From assembly GCA_963664435.2 (NCBI GenBank), contig CAXXKM010000003.1:832001-896000 (forward strand): a stretch of 64,000 nucleotides of DNA, written 5' to 3'. Of the stretch, positions 10,060 through 22,500 are shown piece by piece; the stretch's first letter is position 1, and every line of letters begins with the position of its first letter. The position numbers and the translations under genes are program-made. The DNA comes from Longimicrobiales bacterium (lineage in GTDB: Bacteria > Gemmatimonadota > Gemmatimonadetes > Longimicrobiales > Gaopeijiaceae). The notes under the pieces are model-generated. The model made no database searches and was not told the DNA's origin. It saw nothing but the letters and a program-made list of their open reading frames with translations.

Positions 10060-10544
10060 TCCGGAGGACCTCTGCGGGTGGTGATTACGATCGCCCCCGA
10101 TGCGTGACCGGTGCCGAACCGGGTGGTGGCGTCGGTGGGCGAGAGGAGAGAGATCCTCTCGACGTATTCGGCGCTGATGCCGAACAGCTCCTCGATTGCC
10201 CCGACCCGCACACCGTCCACATAGACCGAAGGCCGGTTGTCGGGATTGTTCGGGGTGCGGGCACCACGGCGCCGCAACCAGCTGCGCCGAAGCCGCTCGA
10301 TGGCGTGGTGAGCGCTGGTGTAGACCTCCTGATCGAGTTCCTCTCTGGTAATTTCCCCCGTTCCGCGCACGGGGGCGGGGCCGTCTCCCGCGGTACCCGA
10401 ACCTCTCCCACACGCACCGAGGCAGAAGAGGCCTGCAAGCGCCACGGTCAACGCCCACCGGGGCACACTTCTCCCGCCCCCGCCCGGAGAGATCCCTTGC
10501 GGGACCTCCCCGGACGGGCGCCAGGCGCTGAACGCCGGCGTCAT
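10056..10544 (-). CDS. Small lipoprotein consisting of a stand-alone TonB-receptor plug-like domain (plug B)
   Basis: ATG at 10544 overlaps the SusD2 stop (ATGA); lipobox LGAC; PSVYVDGVRVG...ISAEYVERISLLSPTDATTRFGTGHASGAIVITTRRG. Confidence 0.78.
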   Translation of the reverse strand: MTPAFSAWRPSGEVPQGISPGGGGRSVPRWALTVALAGLFCLGACGRGSGTAGDGPAPVRGTGEITREELDQEVYTSAHHAIERLRRSWLRRRGARTPNNPDNRPSVYVDGVRVGAIEELFGISAEYVERISLLSPTDATTRFGTGHASGAIVITTRRGPPD

Positions 10545-11878
10545 CCGCTCGTGTTGGGGTTCAGCTCGAGTTCCGTTTCGTCGATCGGCAGGCACGTGGT
10601 CGGCCCGTAGGCCACTCCCTTGTGGTTGAAGTTCTGGCCACGCGGGAACCACAGCCCGTAGCGCAGCTTGTCGGCATGGTGGCGTCCCTCGAGGAACATC
10701 TCGCGGCGCCGCTCCTCGACGATGACATCCATGTCCACGGTTGAAGCATGGGGCAGGCCGTGCCGGTCGCGCAAAGCATTGATCCGGCCCAGGGCCGACG
10801 CCGCGTCTCCGCCCTGGAACTCGGCCTCCGCCAGAATCAACTGCGCCTCGGCCCAGTCGGCGAGCGGAATGTCGTACCCCTGGTCGCGGTACTTGGTCTG
10901 GACCCAGTGGGGGGTAACACCGTCCTGGCCCACCTGACCGGTGTTCTCCACCGGGACCCGGGGATCGGGCATGCCGTCATCCACCGTCTGAGTCCCGTCG
11001 GCGGCAATGGTCAGGTTGCGGAATCCGGGCGCCACCTCGACTCCGTCCACCATCACCGGAGGAGTGATGGTGCCGTACTTGTTCTCGTTCAGCATGTGGT
11101 AGACCTGGTTCCACCGCTTGCGCACCGAGTTGTCGCGCGTAACCCAGGCGATGAAGTTCGGGTCGGTAACCTGGGCCGCATCCGCCGCCGCGCCCGCGAG
11201 ATTCCCCTGCGAAAGCCGGTTGCGGGCCCTGGCCAGGTACGCCAGTTGGCGTGCGCTCGAGGTCACCGCGGTGATGTCGAAGTCGCCGCTGATGTGGCCG
11301 ATCGCAGTACCGAGCCACTCTTCGCCGCCGGCCAGCAGCTGGGACGGCGTCATGAGCGGCCCCACGTCCACGGTGTTCTCGCACCAGTGCTCGCCGAACA
11401 CGGTGTAGACGAGCCCGGCGTAGAGCGCCGCAGTCGCTAGCAGCCGCTCCTGGTCCGCCACGGATTCCTCGAATCCGCTGATGGAACTGTAGGCCTGCTC
11501 CGCCTGGAAGCGGGCCTTCTGGAAGGAGGTGGCGAAGCCGGCGTTGGTGTTGCTTTGGCCGCAGTTGCCGCTGGTGGAAGTGATGCGGTATTCGGACCAG
11601 GCCCGGGTGAACCAGCCGGTGGACTCCCAGTAGGCGTCCTCAAGGCCTCCGATCGACACGGAAAAGTCCGAATACGAGCATTCGAAGTCGGCGATCGCCG
11701 ACACGACCATGGTATTGGCCATGTCCGGAATGAGGAGCCCGTCCTCGGTGAGGTTTCCGGGAAGCTCCACCTGCAGGAGGCTGTCGCAGGCCCCGGCCGC
11801 CGTTGCCGCCAGAACCAGCACTGAAATCTTCGTGAACCGCCCGCGGGCGACACGCTTTCTATTCCTGATTGTCTTCAT
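10541..11878 (-). CDS. RagB/SusD-like lipoprotein (SusD2)
   Basis: Start MKTIRNR after GGGAGA; lipobox AGAC; EAQLILAEA, INALR, EERRREMFLEGRH and CLPIDETE motifs; paralogous to SusD1 and SusD3. Confidence 0.85.
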   Translation of the reverse strand: MKTIRNRKRVARGRFTKISVLVLAATAAGACDSLLQVELPGNLTEDGLLIPDMANTMVVSAIADFECSYSDFSVSIGGLEDAYWESTGWFTRAWSEYRITSTSGNCGQSNTNAGFATSFQKARFQAEQAYSSISGFEESVADQERLLATAALYAGLVYTVFGEHWCENTVDVGPLMTPSQLLAGGEEWLGTAIGHISGDFDITAVTSSARQLAYLARARNRLSQGNLAGAAADAAQVTDPNFIAWVTRDNSVRKRWNQVYHMLNENKYGTITPPVMVDGVEVAPGFRNLTIAADGTQTVDDGMPDPRVPVENTGQVGQDGVTPHWVQTKYRDQGYDIPLADWAEAQLILAEAEFQGGDAASALGRINALRDRHGLPHASTVDMDVIVEERRREMFLEGRHHADKLRYGLWFPRGQNFNHKGVAYGPTTCLPIDETELELNPNTSG

Positions 11879-11898
11879 GGCTCTTTCTCCCTTGCCCA

Positions 11899-14877
11899 TC
11901 AGAACGTGACCCGCATGGTCAGGTTGAACGACGCGGTGGGCGGCACGTTCGAGTTGGAGCCGGTGTTGGTGTCCGCGCTGCGTCGGGCCTCCGGATCGTG
12001 GATCGGCTCACCCCAGATGTCCGGTTGGGCCACCCAGAGCACCGCCAGGTTGCGCGCTCCCACGCTCAGGGACGCCCGCGTGGCTCCCGAGCGTTCCACC
12101 AGCGACTGGGGCAGCCGGAAGTTGGCGCTGATCTCGCGCAGGCGGGCGAAGCCTCCGTTATAAATGGCCCCGGTCCCGAAGTTCTCGTCGGCGTGCGCCA
12201 GGAAGAGCGGATTGGTCCGCTCATTGGCCGCAAGCGAGGTCTGGAAACAGGTGTGTTTGCAGGAGACGTCCGTCGATGTCGCGTAGCCGCCGATCCGGTG
12301 CTCGACCAGGGCATAGAGCCTGAGGTTGTTGAAGAAGGTGAAGGTCATGTTGTAGCCCATCTCCCACGGCATCTGCAGAGGTCCGTAGAAGACTTCCATG
12401 CGGCTGTTGCAGGGCGCCGGCGGCCCACCCTGCTCCCAGCCGTTGGTGCCGGCGCCGCTGTCGCACATGATCGACGACTTGATGAGCCGTCCCGTGGCGG
12501 GATCGATCTGGGCGCTCACCGCCAGCTCGTCGAAGATGGCCGGGAAGGGGAAGCCTTCGCGCAGCGTGTTGGTTGGCGGCAGGTCGCCGACGTCCTCCAC
12601 GCGGTTCTGGTTGTGCGACAGGTTCGCGCCCAGATCCACGGCGAAGGCGTCGCCGTCGAGGATGCGCCCGTTGAGGTTGATCTCCCAGCCCCAGTTCTTC
12701 AGGTGCCCCAGGTTCACGGACTGGGAGCCGGGGAAGCCGCGGCTGGGCGCCACGGGCAGGGACACCAGCGCATCCCGGATGTCCTGCTGGTAGTAGGTGA
12801 TCTGCGCCAGCAGACGATCGTCGAACAGACCGGCGTCGAATCCGGCCTCGATCTCCGTGCTGACTTCGGGGCCCAGTTCCGGGTTGCCCACTTCGTCCGG
12901 GGTGACCGCGGCCTGGGAGGCCGGGCCGACCGCCGGCTCGTAGAGCCGCACCGCGGCGAACACGTCGGGCTGCTGGCCTGCCTTGCCCCATGCGCTCCGC
13001 AGCCTGAGCGAGGTCACCCAGTCGACATCGAAAAACTCCTCTTCACTGAGTACCCAGGTGCCGGAGAGCTTCGGATAGATGGCGGCGTCGAAGTCGGCGC
13101 CGAAGGCGGAGTTGTCGTCGCCCCGGATGGCGCCGGTGACGAAGATGCGGTCCTGGTAGCCGATCTCCTGCTGAACGTAGGCGCCCATGGTCTTGTTCTG
13201 GACAAAATCCTCGGTCGCGGTCGTGCTGGCCGCGCCGGCAAGCGAGGTGATTGCAGGGGCCGGAAAGGTCTTGCCGGTGCTGATCACGGTCTCCAGCTGC
13301 TTGGCATAGTACTGTGCCCCCACCGAAGTCTTCAGAGCGAAGTCGCTTACGTTGACCGTTCCGGTCGCAGCATAGTCGAAGGTGATGTAGCGGGTGTACG
13401 GCCGCTCTACGACCACGTCGCCCAGGGACAGGCCACCGAAGTCGTGCTGCGCTCCGGTCGGGTGGCGCGGGAAGAGCCTGCGGTTCTCCTCGTGGGCCTG
13501 GTCCAGCCCGATCACGGCCCGGTGGGTGAGCCAGTCGAAGGGGGTGTGGTTGAGGGTGAGGCTGCCGATGAAGCGCGAGTTGTCGCGCGTCGCTTCGACC
13601 TCCTCGATGGACTCCGGGCGGGCGCGCAGGAAGCCCCTCAGGCGGGTGTCCACCCCCTCCGGGGTCGACCACTGCGCCTGCTCCCAGACGCCTCACGAAG
13701 TCCTCTGCTGCATGAAGCTGGTGGTGCCGTTCACGTAGCCCGTGCTCATGTCGATCTGGAGCGACTCGTGCGGCACCACGGAGACGTTCGCGCGCGTGTT
13801 GAAGACCTTGTTCCAGTTGTAGTGGACGATGCCGGTCTGGTCGTCCCAGTCGGTGGCCAGATAGTAGCGCACCCGTTCCGTGCCGCCCCTCATGCTGAGC
13901 GCATAACCCTGGGAGTGGCCCGTGGTGAAGAACTGGCGGCCGGCGTCCCGTTCCTGATCCCAGATGTTGAAGGAGATGATGTTGCCCGAGGCGTCCTTGC
14001 CGTAGGCCGTGTTGACCTGCTCCCGCGCGTTGGGCAGCCAGGTGGCGCCCTGCTTGATGGTCAGGTCGAACTGGGGCGCGCCTTCGACGCCGCGCTTGGT
14101 GATGATGTTGATGACGCCGTTGGAGGCCTCGGTGCCGTACAGGGTCGCGGCCGACGGGCCCTTGATGACCTCGATGCGCTCGATGTCCTCGGGGTTGATG
14201 TCGTCGAGCTTGCTCACCTGGCGGCCGTCGCGCAGGCTCGGCCCGGCCTGGGTCTCGTTGTCGACCCGGATGCCGTCCACGTAGATGAGCGGGTTGTTGC
14301 CGACGTTCAGGCTGGTATATCCGCGGATGCGGATGGGCGATCCGGTGCCGACGTTGCCCGACACGCGCTTGAAGCCCACGCCCGCCTCGCGCCCCTGCAG
14401 CAGGTCCTGCATGGTGTTGATCGGCGCGACTTCCGCCACGTCGGCGGCCTCCACGCGGGCCATGGCGTTGCCGAGCGCGCGCTGCCGGGTGCCGCCCGCG
14501 GTGCCCGTGACCACCACCTCGTCGAGAGCGAGGGCTTCGGCCGTGAGGTTGACCTCGATCTGGGTCGTCTGGCCGCCGGTCACCTCGATCTGCACGGTGG
14601 CGGTGCGGAACCCGATCCGCGTGGCCCGCAACTGGTGGGTGCCGGCCGGAACGTTGAGGAGCAGGAACTGACCGTTGGCCTGGGTCAGCCCCCCGATCTC
14701 CAGGGTCGGGATGTCCACCTGGACGACGGACATCGGTTGCAGGGTGCGGCCGTCGACCACCGTTCCGGTGACCGTGCCGGTTCCCTGCGCGGCGACCCCG
14801 GCGGCGGGGGCGAACAGGAGGGCAAGGAGCGCGACAGCCGCGCTTGGGGGTTGGAATACAACGATACGAGAGCCCAT
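11899..14877 (-). pseudogene. SusC/RagA-like TonB-dependent receptor (SusC2) interrupted by one in-frame TGA at 13693-13695
   Basis: ORFs 13693..14877 and 11899..13653 are in the same frame; reading through gives MQQRTS*GVWEQAQWSTPEGVDTRLRGF, colinear with the paralogs. Total length 993 codons, similar to SusC1 and SusC3. Confidence 0.8.
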
Positions 14878-15098
14878 GAGCAGTCCTCCGGGACAGAGGT
14901 GGGACAGACACCTCCGGCGGGGACTCGAACACCTCGGAGGTGATCGATAGGGCGATTAATCGACACCCCGGACCGCGATTGTGCTGGCGGTCGGGGCCGC
15001 GCCGGTCGAACGGATGTGCTCTCGGAGGACCGTCGTGGCCTGTCAGGGTGCCCGGCCCGTCGGCCGGCCACCACAGGCTCGGAAGATGGGCGAACGCC

Positions 15099-17021
15099 CT
15101 ACCAGCGCGTTCGCGTGCGGATGTCTTCGGCGACCTGCGCGGCGAACGCCTCCCGCTCCATGACCGCCTGTTTCTTCCCCGCCCCGCGCCGCCGCACCGC
15201 CACCGTTCCCGCCTCGGCTTCGCGCTTCCCCACCACTCCCATGTAGGGCACCTTCTTCACTTCCGCGTCACGGATGCGGTACCCGAGGGTGTCCTGATCG
15301 TGCAGGCGGGCGCGCACCCCCTTCGCCCGCAGCTGATCGACCAGCTCGCGGGCGCTCTCGCTCCACACCTCGGAGACGGGGAGGACGCGCACCTGCTCCG
15401 GCGCCAGCCACACCGGGAAGGCGCCCGCGTAATGCTCCACCAGCCCGCCGATGAAGCGCTCCATCGACCCCAGCATGGTGCGGTGGATGACCACCACGTT
15501 GTGGCGCTGGTTGTCGCTGCCCACATAGTCGAGACCGAAGCGCTGCGGCATCAGAAAGTCGAGCTGGAAGGTCGGGCCCTGCCACTTCCGCCCGAGCGCG
15601 TCGACGAGCAGGATGTCCACCTTGGGACCATAGAACGCGCCTCCGCCCTCGTCGACCTCGTAGTCCTGCCCGCGTTCCTCGAGCACCCCGGCGAGAGTGT
15701 CCACCGCGGCGTCGTAGACCGCGGGGTCGCCGATCGCCTTCTCGGGACGCGTCGAGAGCGCCACCTCGAACTCGTAGCCGAAGACGCCCAGCAGGTACTC
15801 CAGCAGATCCAGCATGCGATGGTATTCGCCGCTGATCTGGTCCTCGCGCACGAAGATATGGGCGTCATCCTGCGTGAAGCCCCGCACACGGAGCATTCCA
15901 TGCAGGGCGCCCGCGCGCTCGTAGCGGTAGCAGGTGCCGAGTTCCGCGTAACGCAGCGGCAGATCCCGGTACGACCGGCTGCCCGACCGGTAGATCATGA
16001 AATGATGCGGACAGTTCATGGGCTTCATGCGGAAGCGGTTCCCCTCGTCGTCCATCGCGGGGAACATGTCTTCGCTGAAGACTTCCAGGTGCCCCGACGT
16101 CTCGTACAGCTGCTCGCGCGCGACGTGCGGGCTGTACACCAGGTCGTATCCGTGTTCGAGCAGGGTCCTCTTGAGGAACTCCTCGACCGTGTGCCGCACC
16201 AGACCCCCGTTCGGGTGCCAGAGGATGAACCCGGCCCCCACTTCCTCCTGGACGCTGAACAGGTCCAGCTCCTTGCCGAGCACGCGGTGATCGCGCCGGC
16301 GCGCCTCCGCGAGCCGCTCCAGGTGCTGGTTCAGCGCCTTCCTGCTGAAGAACGCGGTGCCGTAGATGCGCTGGAGCATCTGCCGGTTCTCGTCTCCCCT
16401 CCAGTACGCGCCCGCCGTGGAGAGCAGCTTGAAGTGCGTCACTTTCCCGGTGGTGGGCACGTGCGGCCCGCGGCACAGGTCCAGGAAAGGGCCGTCCCGG
16501 TACACCGTGATCACCTCGTCGTCCTCGAGTTCCTCCAGCCGCTCGAGCTTGAGGGGATCGTCGGCGAAGAGCTCCCTGCCCTCCTCCTTGCTGATGCGGC
16601 GCCGCTCGAAGGGATGGTCGGCCGCGACGATGTCGCGCATGCGCGCCTCGAAGGCCTCCAGGTCTTCGGGGGTGAAGGGTTCGTCGACCTCGAAATCGTA
16701 GTAGAAGCCGTCCTCGATCGGGGGGCCGAAGCCGATGCCCGCCGTGGGATGGAGCTCGCGCACCGCGGTGGCCAGAACATGTGCGGCCGAGTGACGCAGC
16801 ACGGGGAGCGCGTCTTCGTCCCGGCTGGTGAGAATGCGCACTTCGGCGCCCGGCGATACCGGCCGGGCCAGGTCGACCACCTCGTCGTCGACGACGGCCG
16901 CCAGCGCCGCCCGGGCCAGCCCGGGTCCGATGCCGGCCGCGATGTCGGCGGCGCTGCTTCCGCGCGGCGCCTCGACGGAGCTTCCGTCGGGGAGCCGCAC
17001 CTGCATGGATTCGTCAGCCAT
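15099..17021 (-). CDS. thrS: Threonine--tRNA ligase
   Basis: TGS domain, RHSAAH, GPPIEDGFYYD, DLCRGPH, RDHR, KPMNCP, RVRGFTQDDAH and FYGPK motifs. Confidence 0.98.
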   Translation of the reverse strand: MADESMQVRLPDGSSVEAPRGSSAADIAAGIGPGLARAALAAVVDDEVVDLARPVSPGAEVRILTSRDEDALPVLRHSAAHVLATAVRELHPTAGIGFGPPIEDGFYYDFEVDEPFTPEDLEAFEARMRDIVAADHPFERRRISKEEGRELFADDPLKLERLEELEDDEVITVYRDGPFLDLCRGPHVPTTGKVTHFKLLSTAGAYWRGDENRQMLQRIYGTAFFSRKALNQHLERLAEARRRDHRVLGKELDLFSVQEEVGAGFILWHPNGGLVRHTVEEFLKRTLLEHGYDLVYSPHVAREQLYETSGHLEVFSEDMFPAMDDEGNRFRMKPMNCPHHFMIYRSGSRSYRDLPLRYAELGTCYRYERAGALHGMLRVRGFTQDDAHIFVREDQISGEYHRMLDLLEYLLGVFGYEFEVALSTRPEKAIGDPAVYDAAVDTLAGVLEERGQDYEVDEGGGAFYGPKVDILLVDALGRKWQGPTFQLDFLMPQRFGLDYVGSDNQRHNVVVIHRTMLGSMERFIGGLVEHYAGAFPVWLAPEQVRVLPVSEVWSESARELVDQLRAKGVRARLHDQDTLGYRIRDAEVKKVPYMGVVGKREAEAGTVAVRRRGAGKKQAVMEREAFAAQVAEDIRTRTRW

Positions 17022-17187
17022 CGGTCTTCGGGGTTGCGGGGTTCAGGGTGCTCGGAGGCATCGACGCGGAAGATACACGGCGGGAGGCGAATTGTGCGCG
17101 CGCGGATCCCAGGCGCGTCTCCCCGCGGCGATGCCGGCGCCTCCACGCCCCCGCGGCCCCGAGCAAACGCCGAGGCACAAACGCCAG

Positions 17188-17217
17188 GGAGCCCGGACGA
17201 CTTGGCGCCCGGGCTCC
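17188..17217 (-). terminator. Hairpin downstream of groEL
   Basis: GGAGCCCGG (17188-17196) / CCGGGCTCC (17209-17217) inverted repeat; only a weak U-tract follows on the minus strand. Confidence 0.4.
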
Positions 17218-17285
17218 AGGGTGTCCCGCGTGGGCCGGGGCGGCGCCCGGTCCCGCGAGGTCAGGACTGTCGCATGCCGCGAGGG

Positions 17286-18932
<1,647 letters not shown>

Positions 18933-19023
18933 GCTTTCTTTCTCCTCTGTTTAGAGCCGAGGGCGGCATCCGGCCGCCCACCTGCTCGTCGTGTTGCCGT
19001 TCGGTTTCTCGGGGGTGGAACCG

Positions 19024-19335
19024 CTAGCCGGTGATGATGGCCAGGATGTCCGACTCGCGGAGGATCAGCAGTTCCTCGTCGTCCACCGTGACCTCGGTGC
19101 CGCTGTACTTGCCGTACAGAACGGTGTCGCCGACGGACACGTCGGGGTCGATGCGGGTGCCGTCGTCGGACTGCTTTCCGGGGCCGACCGCGAGCACGGT
19201 GCCCTGCTGGGGCTTCTCCTTCTGGGCCGTGTCCGGGATGTAGAGGCCGCCGCGGGTCTGCTCGGTCTCCTCGGCCGCCTGGACGACGACGCGGTCGGCG
19301 AGCGGCTTGATTCTGTTCGCTGCACTCGTTGCCAT
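19024..19335 (-). CDS. groS: Co-chaperonin GroES
   Basis: [33 protein letters not shown] and LRESDILAI motifs. Confidence 0.99.
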   Translation of the reverse strand: MATSAANRIKPLADRVVVQAAEETEQTRGGLYIPDTAQKEKPQQGTVLAVGPGKQSDDGTRIDPDVSVGDTVLYGKYSGTEVTVDDEELLILRESDILAIITG

Positions 19336-19407
19336 GCGTGGGTTCTCCTGTGGATGGTGGTCCGAATACAGTTGGCTTACGAGCCGGATCTCCGGCGCGA
19401 GCGCTTG

Positions 19408-19434
19408 TTAGCACTCGACGCCAAGGAGTGCTAA
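19408..19434. promoter_or_regulatory. CIRCE element (HrcA operator)
   Basis: Perfect TTAGCACTC-N9-GAGTGCTAA upstream of groES. Confidence 0.97.
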
Positions 19435-19443
19435 CAGCCAGAA

Positions 19444-19471
19444 AAGGTATCCCGGGAAAAATGGATGTCAA
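19444..19471 (-). promoter_or_regulatory. Sigma70-type promoter of groESL
   Basis: Minus strand TTGACA (19471-19466) - 16 nt - TACCTT (19449-19444), which places the start site next to the CIRCE. Confidence 0.7.
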
Positions 19472-19593
19472 CCCTTTGGCGAGCCCGGGGACGCCGGAAA
19501 GCGGGCAGTTCCAGGACGGGATCCATCTCGGCACCGGTCCGCCGTCCTGTAGAAGCTCGCCCGGGTCAGGGGGGGAGCCGCGGCGAGGAGGCG

Positions 19594-22500
19594 CTATTCG
19601 GGACGCCGGAGCAGCTCCTCCGTCGTGTACACCGCTCCTCCCAGGATAACCGTGCGCACCGAGCGGGTCGCGGCGATGTCCTGCAGGGGATCCTCGTCGA
19701 GGACGATCAGATCGGCGAGCGCGCCCGGGGCGACCACTCCGAGGAGTCCCTCGTACCCGAGCGCCTCGCCGGACGCCGAGGTGGTGGCGCGCAGGACGTC
19801 GACGGGGCGCATGCGGCCGTAGCGGACCAGGATCTCCATCTCCGCGTGCAGGCTGAGGCCGCGGGGGATGATGGGCGAGTCGGTGCCCATGATGACCCGG
19901 CCTCCGCCCTCGTGCACCCGGCGCGGGAGAGAGGACATCCGCTCGACCATGCGGCGCGCCAGCTCCAGGTCGGGGGGAATGCGCGCCCCGGCGGCGGCGT
20001 CGGGAAAGAAGGCGTCCACGCGCGGGTCGTCGAAGAGGTCGGGCGTTTCGGCGGCGAGCAGGCCGTAGCCGCCGTAGATGCCGACCGTGGGCGTGAGGGT
20101 CATGCCGGAGGCCGCCAGCAGATCGACCGCGTCGGCGTAGATGCCGTTGGTCTCGGAGACCTTGGTGGAGTAGCCGCGCCGACTGGTGCCCCGCACATGC
20201 TCCACGCCGTCGCCGCCGTACGCGACCGCGGGATAGAGCTCGTGCGAGCTGACCGGGATCCCGAGGGCGTGCGCCTCGGCGATGGCCCGGCGCTGCATCG
20301 GGTCGGAGAGGCGCACGTAGGTCTTGATCATGTCGTGGCCGAGGGCGGCGGCGCGCCCCATCTGCAGCTCCACCTGCGCGCTCGCGCCCAGGGCGGGGGC
20401 GTTGGGGTAGTAGATGCGGCTGCCGTCGATGGTGCCGCCGGTGCCGAAGGTGCGTGGCGCGATGCGGCGGCCGGACTCGCCGGCCTCCTTCGCTTCGGTG
20501 ATTTCGTAGCCGTCGCAGGCGGGGCAGCGGGTCGCGGTCACCCCGTAGGAGAGCCAGAGGCGCCCCATGGATTCGCCATCCGCCAGGCCGCCGTGGGTGT
20601 GCATCTCGATCAGGCCGGGCATCACTACCTGGCCGGAGGCGTCCACGACCTGGTCGGCGGTGCGCGCGGGATCGCGGTCGGCTACCTCGGTGACGAGACC
20701 GTTTTCGATGATGATGTCCACGTTGCGGCGAAGCGTTTCGGAGCGCCCGTCGAAGAGGGCGCCGGCGCGCACCAGCACCGATGCGGGAGGCGCCGCCCGG
20801 GTCCAGGAGAGGGTGGGCGTGATGTCCTCGGCGGCCCCGGTGAGGGCGTCGACGCGGCGCAGGCGGTCGTCGCTCAGGTAGACGATGAAGCGCGAGTCCC
20901 CGGTCCAGCCGGGGTCGTCGGCCGCCTCGTTGGTGAGGCGGCGGGGGACGTCGGCGGTCTCGCCCTCGGGGGTCATGGCGACCGTCCAGAGCACGCCGTC
21001 GGAGATGTAGGCCACCTGGCGGCCGTCCGGCGACCACGCGGGGCCGTCGTTGGCGCGGCTGCCGACCGACCCGTGCAGGGGCAGGTCGAGGTAGCGGTCG
21101 GCGGTCTGGAGGGGGGTTGTGGGCGACGCGGACGGCCCGGGCGCGGGGTCGTCCCAGCCCGCCCAGGCGGGGAGGTCGTGGGTGTGGCCGTGGCCGCGGG
21201 GGGCGGGGCGGGCGGGCGCTGGCGCCCCGGCCGGGCGCGACGCGCCCCCGGCGGCCCGGGACGGTCCGTTCGCGGTGGCGGGGCGCGACCCCGCGGGCGG
21301 AGCGGGACGGGCATCCGCTCCGGTGAGCGTAGCTGCGTCGGCGGTGCGCAGGGGGCGGGCAGGCACCACCAGGGCGCGGTTCAGGCCCTCGCGGAAACGC
21401 CCCGAATAGGGCGAGAGGGCGGAGACCAGCACGGATGTGCCGTCGGGCGACCAGGAAGGCCGCCCCGCCCCGTTCAGCCCGGCGCGCAGGGTCTCCACCA
21501 CCCCGGTCGCAAGGTCGACCACCTGCACCGCCGTCCCGTCCGCCGATCCCACGAAGGCGATGCGGCTCCCGTCCGGCGACCAGGTCGGCGCGGTGGCGGC
21601 GGCCCCTTCGGTTACCCGGCGGGCGCTCCCGGTCCCCAGGTCGCGCACGTACAGGTCGATCGACCCGTCCCGGTCGGAAGCGAACGCCAGGCGGCCGCCA
21701 TCGGGCGACCAGGCGGGGTCGGCCTCGACCCAGGGGTCGTCGGTGAGGCGCTCCGCATCCCCGCCGATGGTGTGCAGCCAGAGGTCGCCCAGCGCCGAAA
21801 ACGCCACCCGCGTTCCGTCGGGCGAGACCGCCGGCGAGACGATGCCGCGCACCGGGAACGGGCCGGGGGCCCGCAGATCACGCGGCCGCCGCTGGTAGTC
21901 GGTCCGGTCGAGCGTCACCGTCGCCGAGAACGCCACGTCCCGCCGGCCGCTTCCGTCGCCCCGGCGCCACCGCACCACTCCATCGCCCGTATGAAACAGG
22001 TCGCCGGCGGCCGTCCAGGACGCGCGGAAGGGAAAGACGTCCTCCTCCTCTCCGGTGAGCGTGCGCGGCTCACCTCCGCTCACAGCCACCGCGTGCAGGC
22101 GCGAGCGCCCTTCCCCAATGGAGTTAAACGAGAGAGTCGTTCCGTCCGCGCTCCACGAAGGCGCGTTCAGCTGGCCCCCATCCCCTTCCGTAACCCTCCG
22201 CGGCTGCGAGCCCCCGGTCGAAACCGGAAGCCCGGCGCTCGCGGTCAGCCAGATCCCGGACCGGTCTCCATCCGCCGCGAAGGCGACCTCCCCGCCATCC
22301 GGGGAAAACGCGGGCCCGTACTCGTTGCCCGGCCAGTCCGTCAACCGCTCGGGGTCTCCCTCGTCCATCCCCGTAACCCAGATGTCGTAGCTCCCGCCCC
22401 GGTCCGAAGAAAACGCAAGACGAGCCCCGTCCGGCGACCAATGGGGTTCACGATGGTCGAACCGGCCGCGCGTGTGCTGGCGCAGACTCGTCCCGTCCGC

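Noticed and set aside
13640..13665. Independent restart of the SusC2 barrel half at GTG 13653 as a designed split receptor
   Set aside because: GGAGG lies only about 2 nt from the GTG and the product would lack a signal peptide.
8694..14962. 10-bp palindromes TCCAATTGGA (8694-8703) and CGATTAATCG (14953-14962) upstream of SusC1 and SusC2
   Set aside because: They could be operators, but they differ from each other, are short, and no regulator gene is nearby; insufficient support.
17022..17285. Possible T-box or tRNA-mimic operator upstream of thrS
   Set aside because: No T-box consensus (GGTGGNACCGCG) or clear anticodon-like loops recognised.
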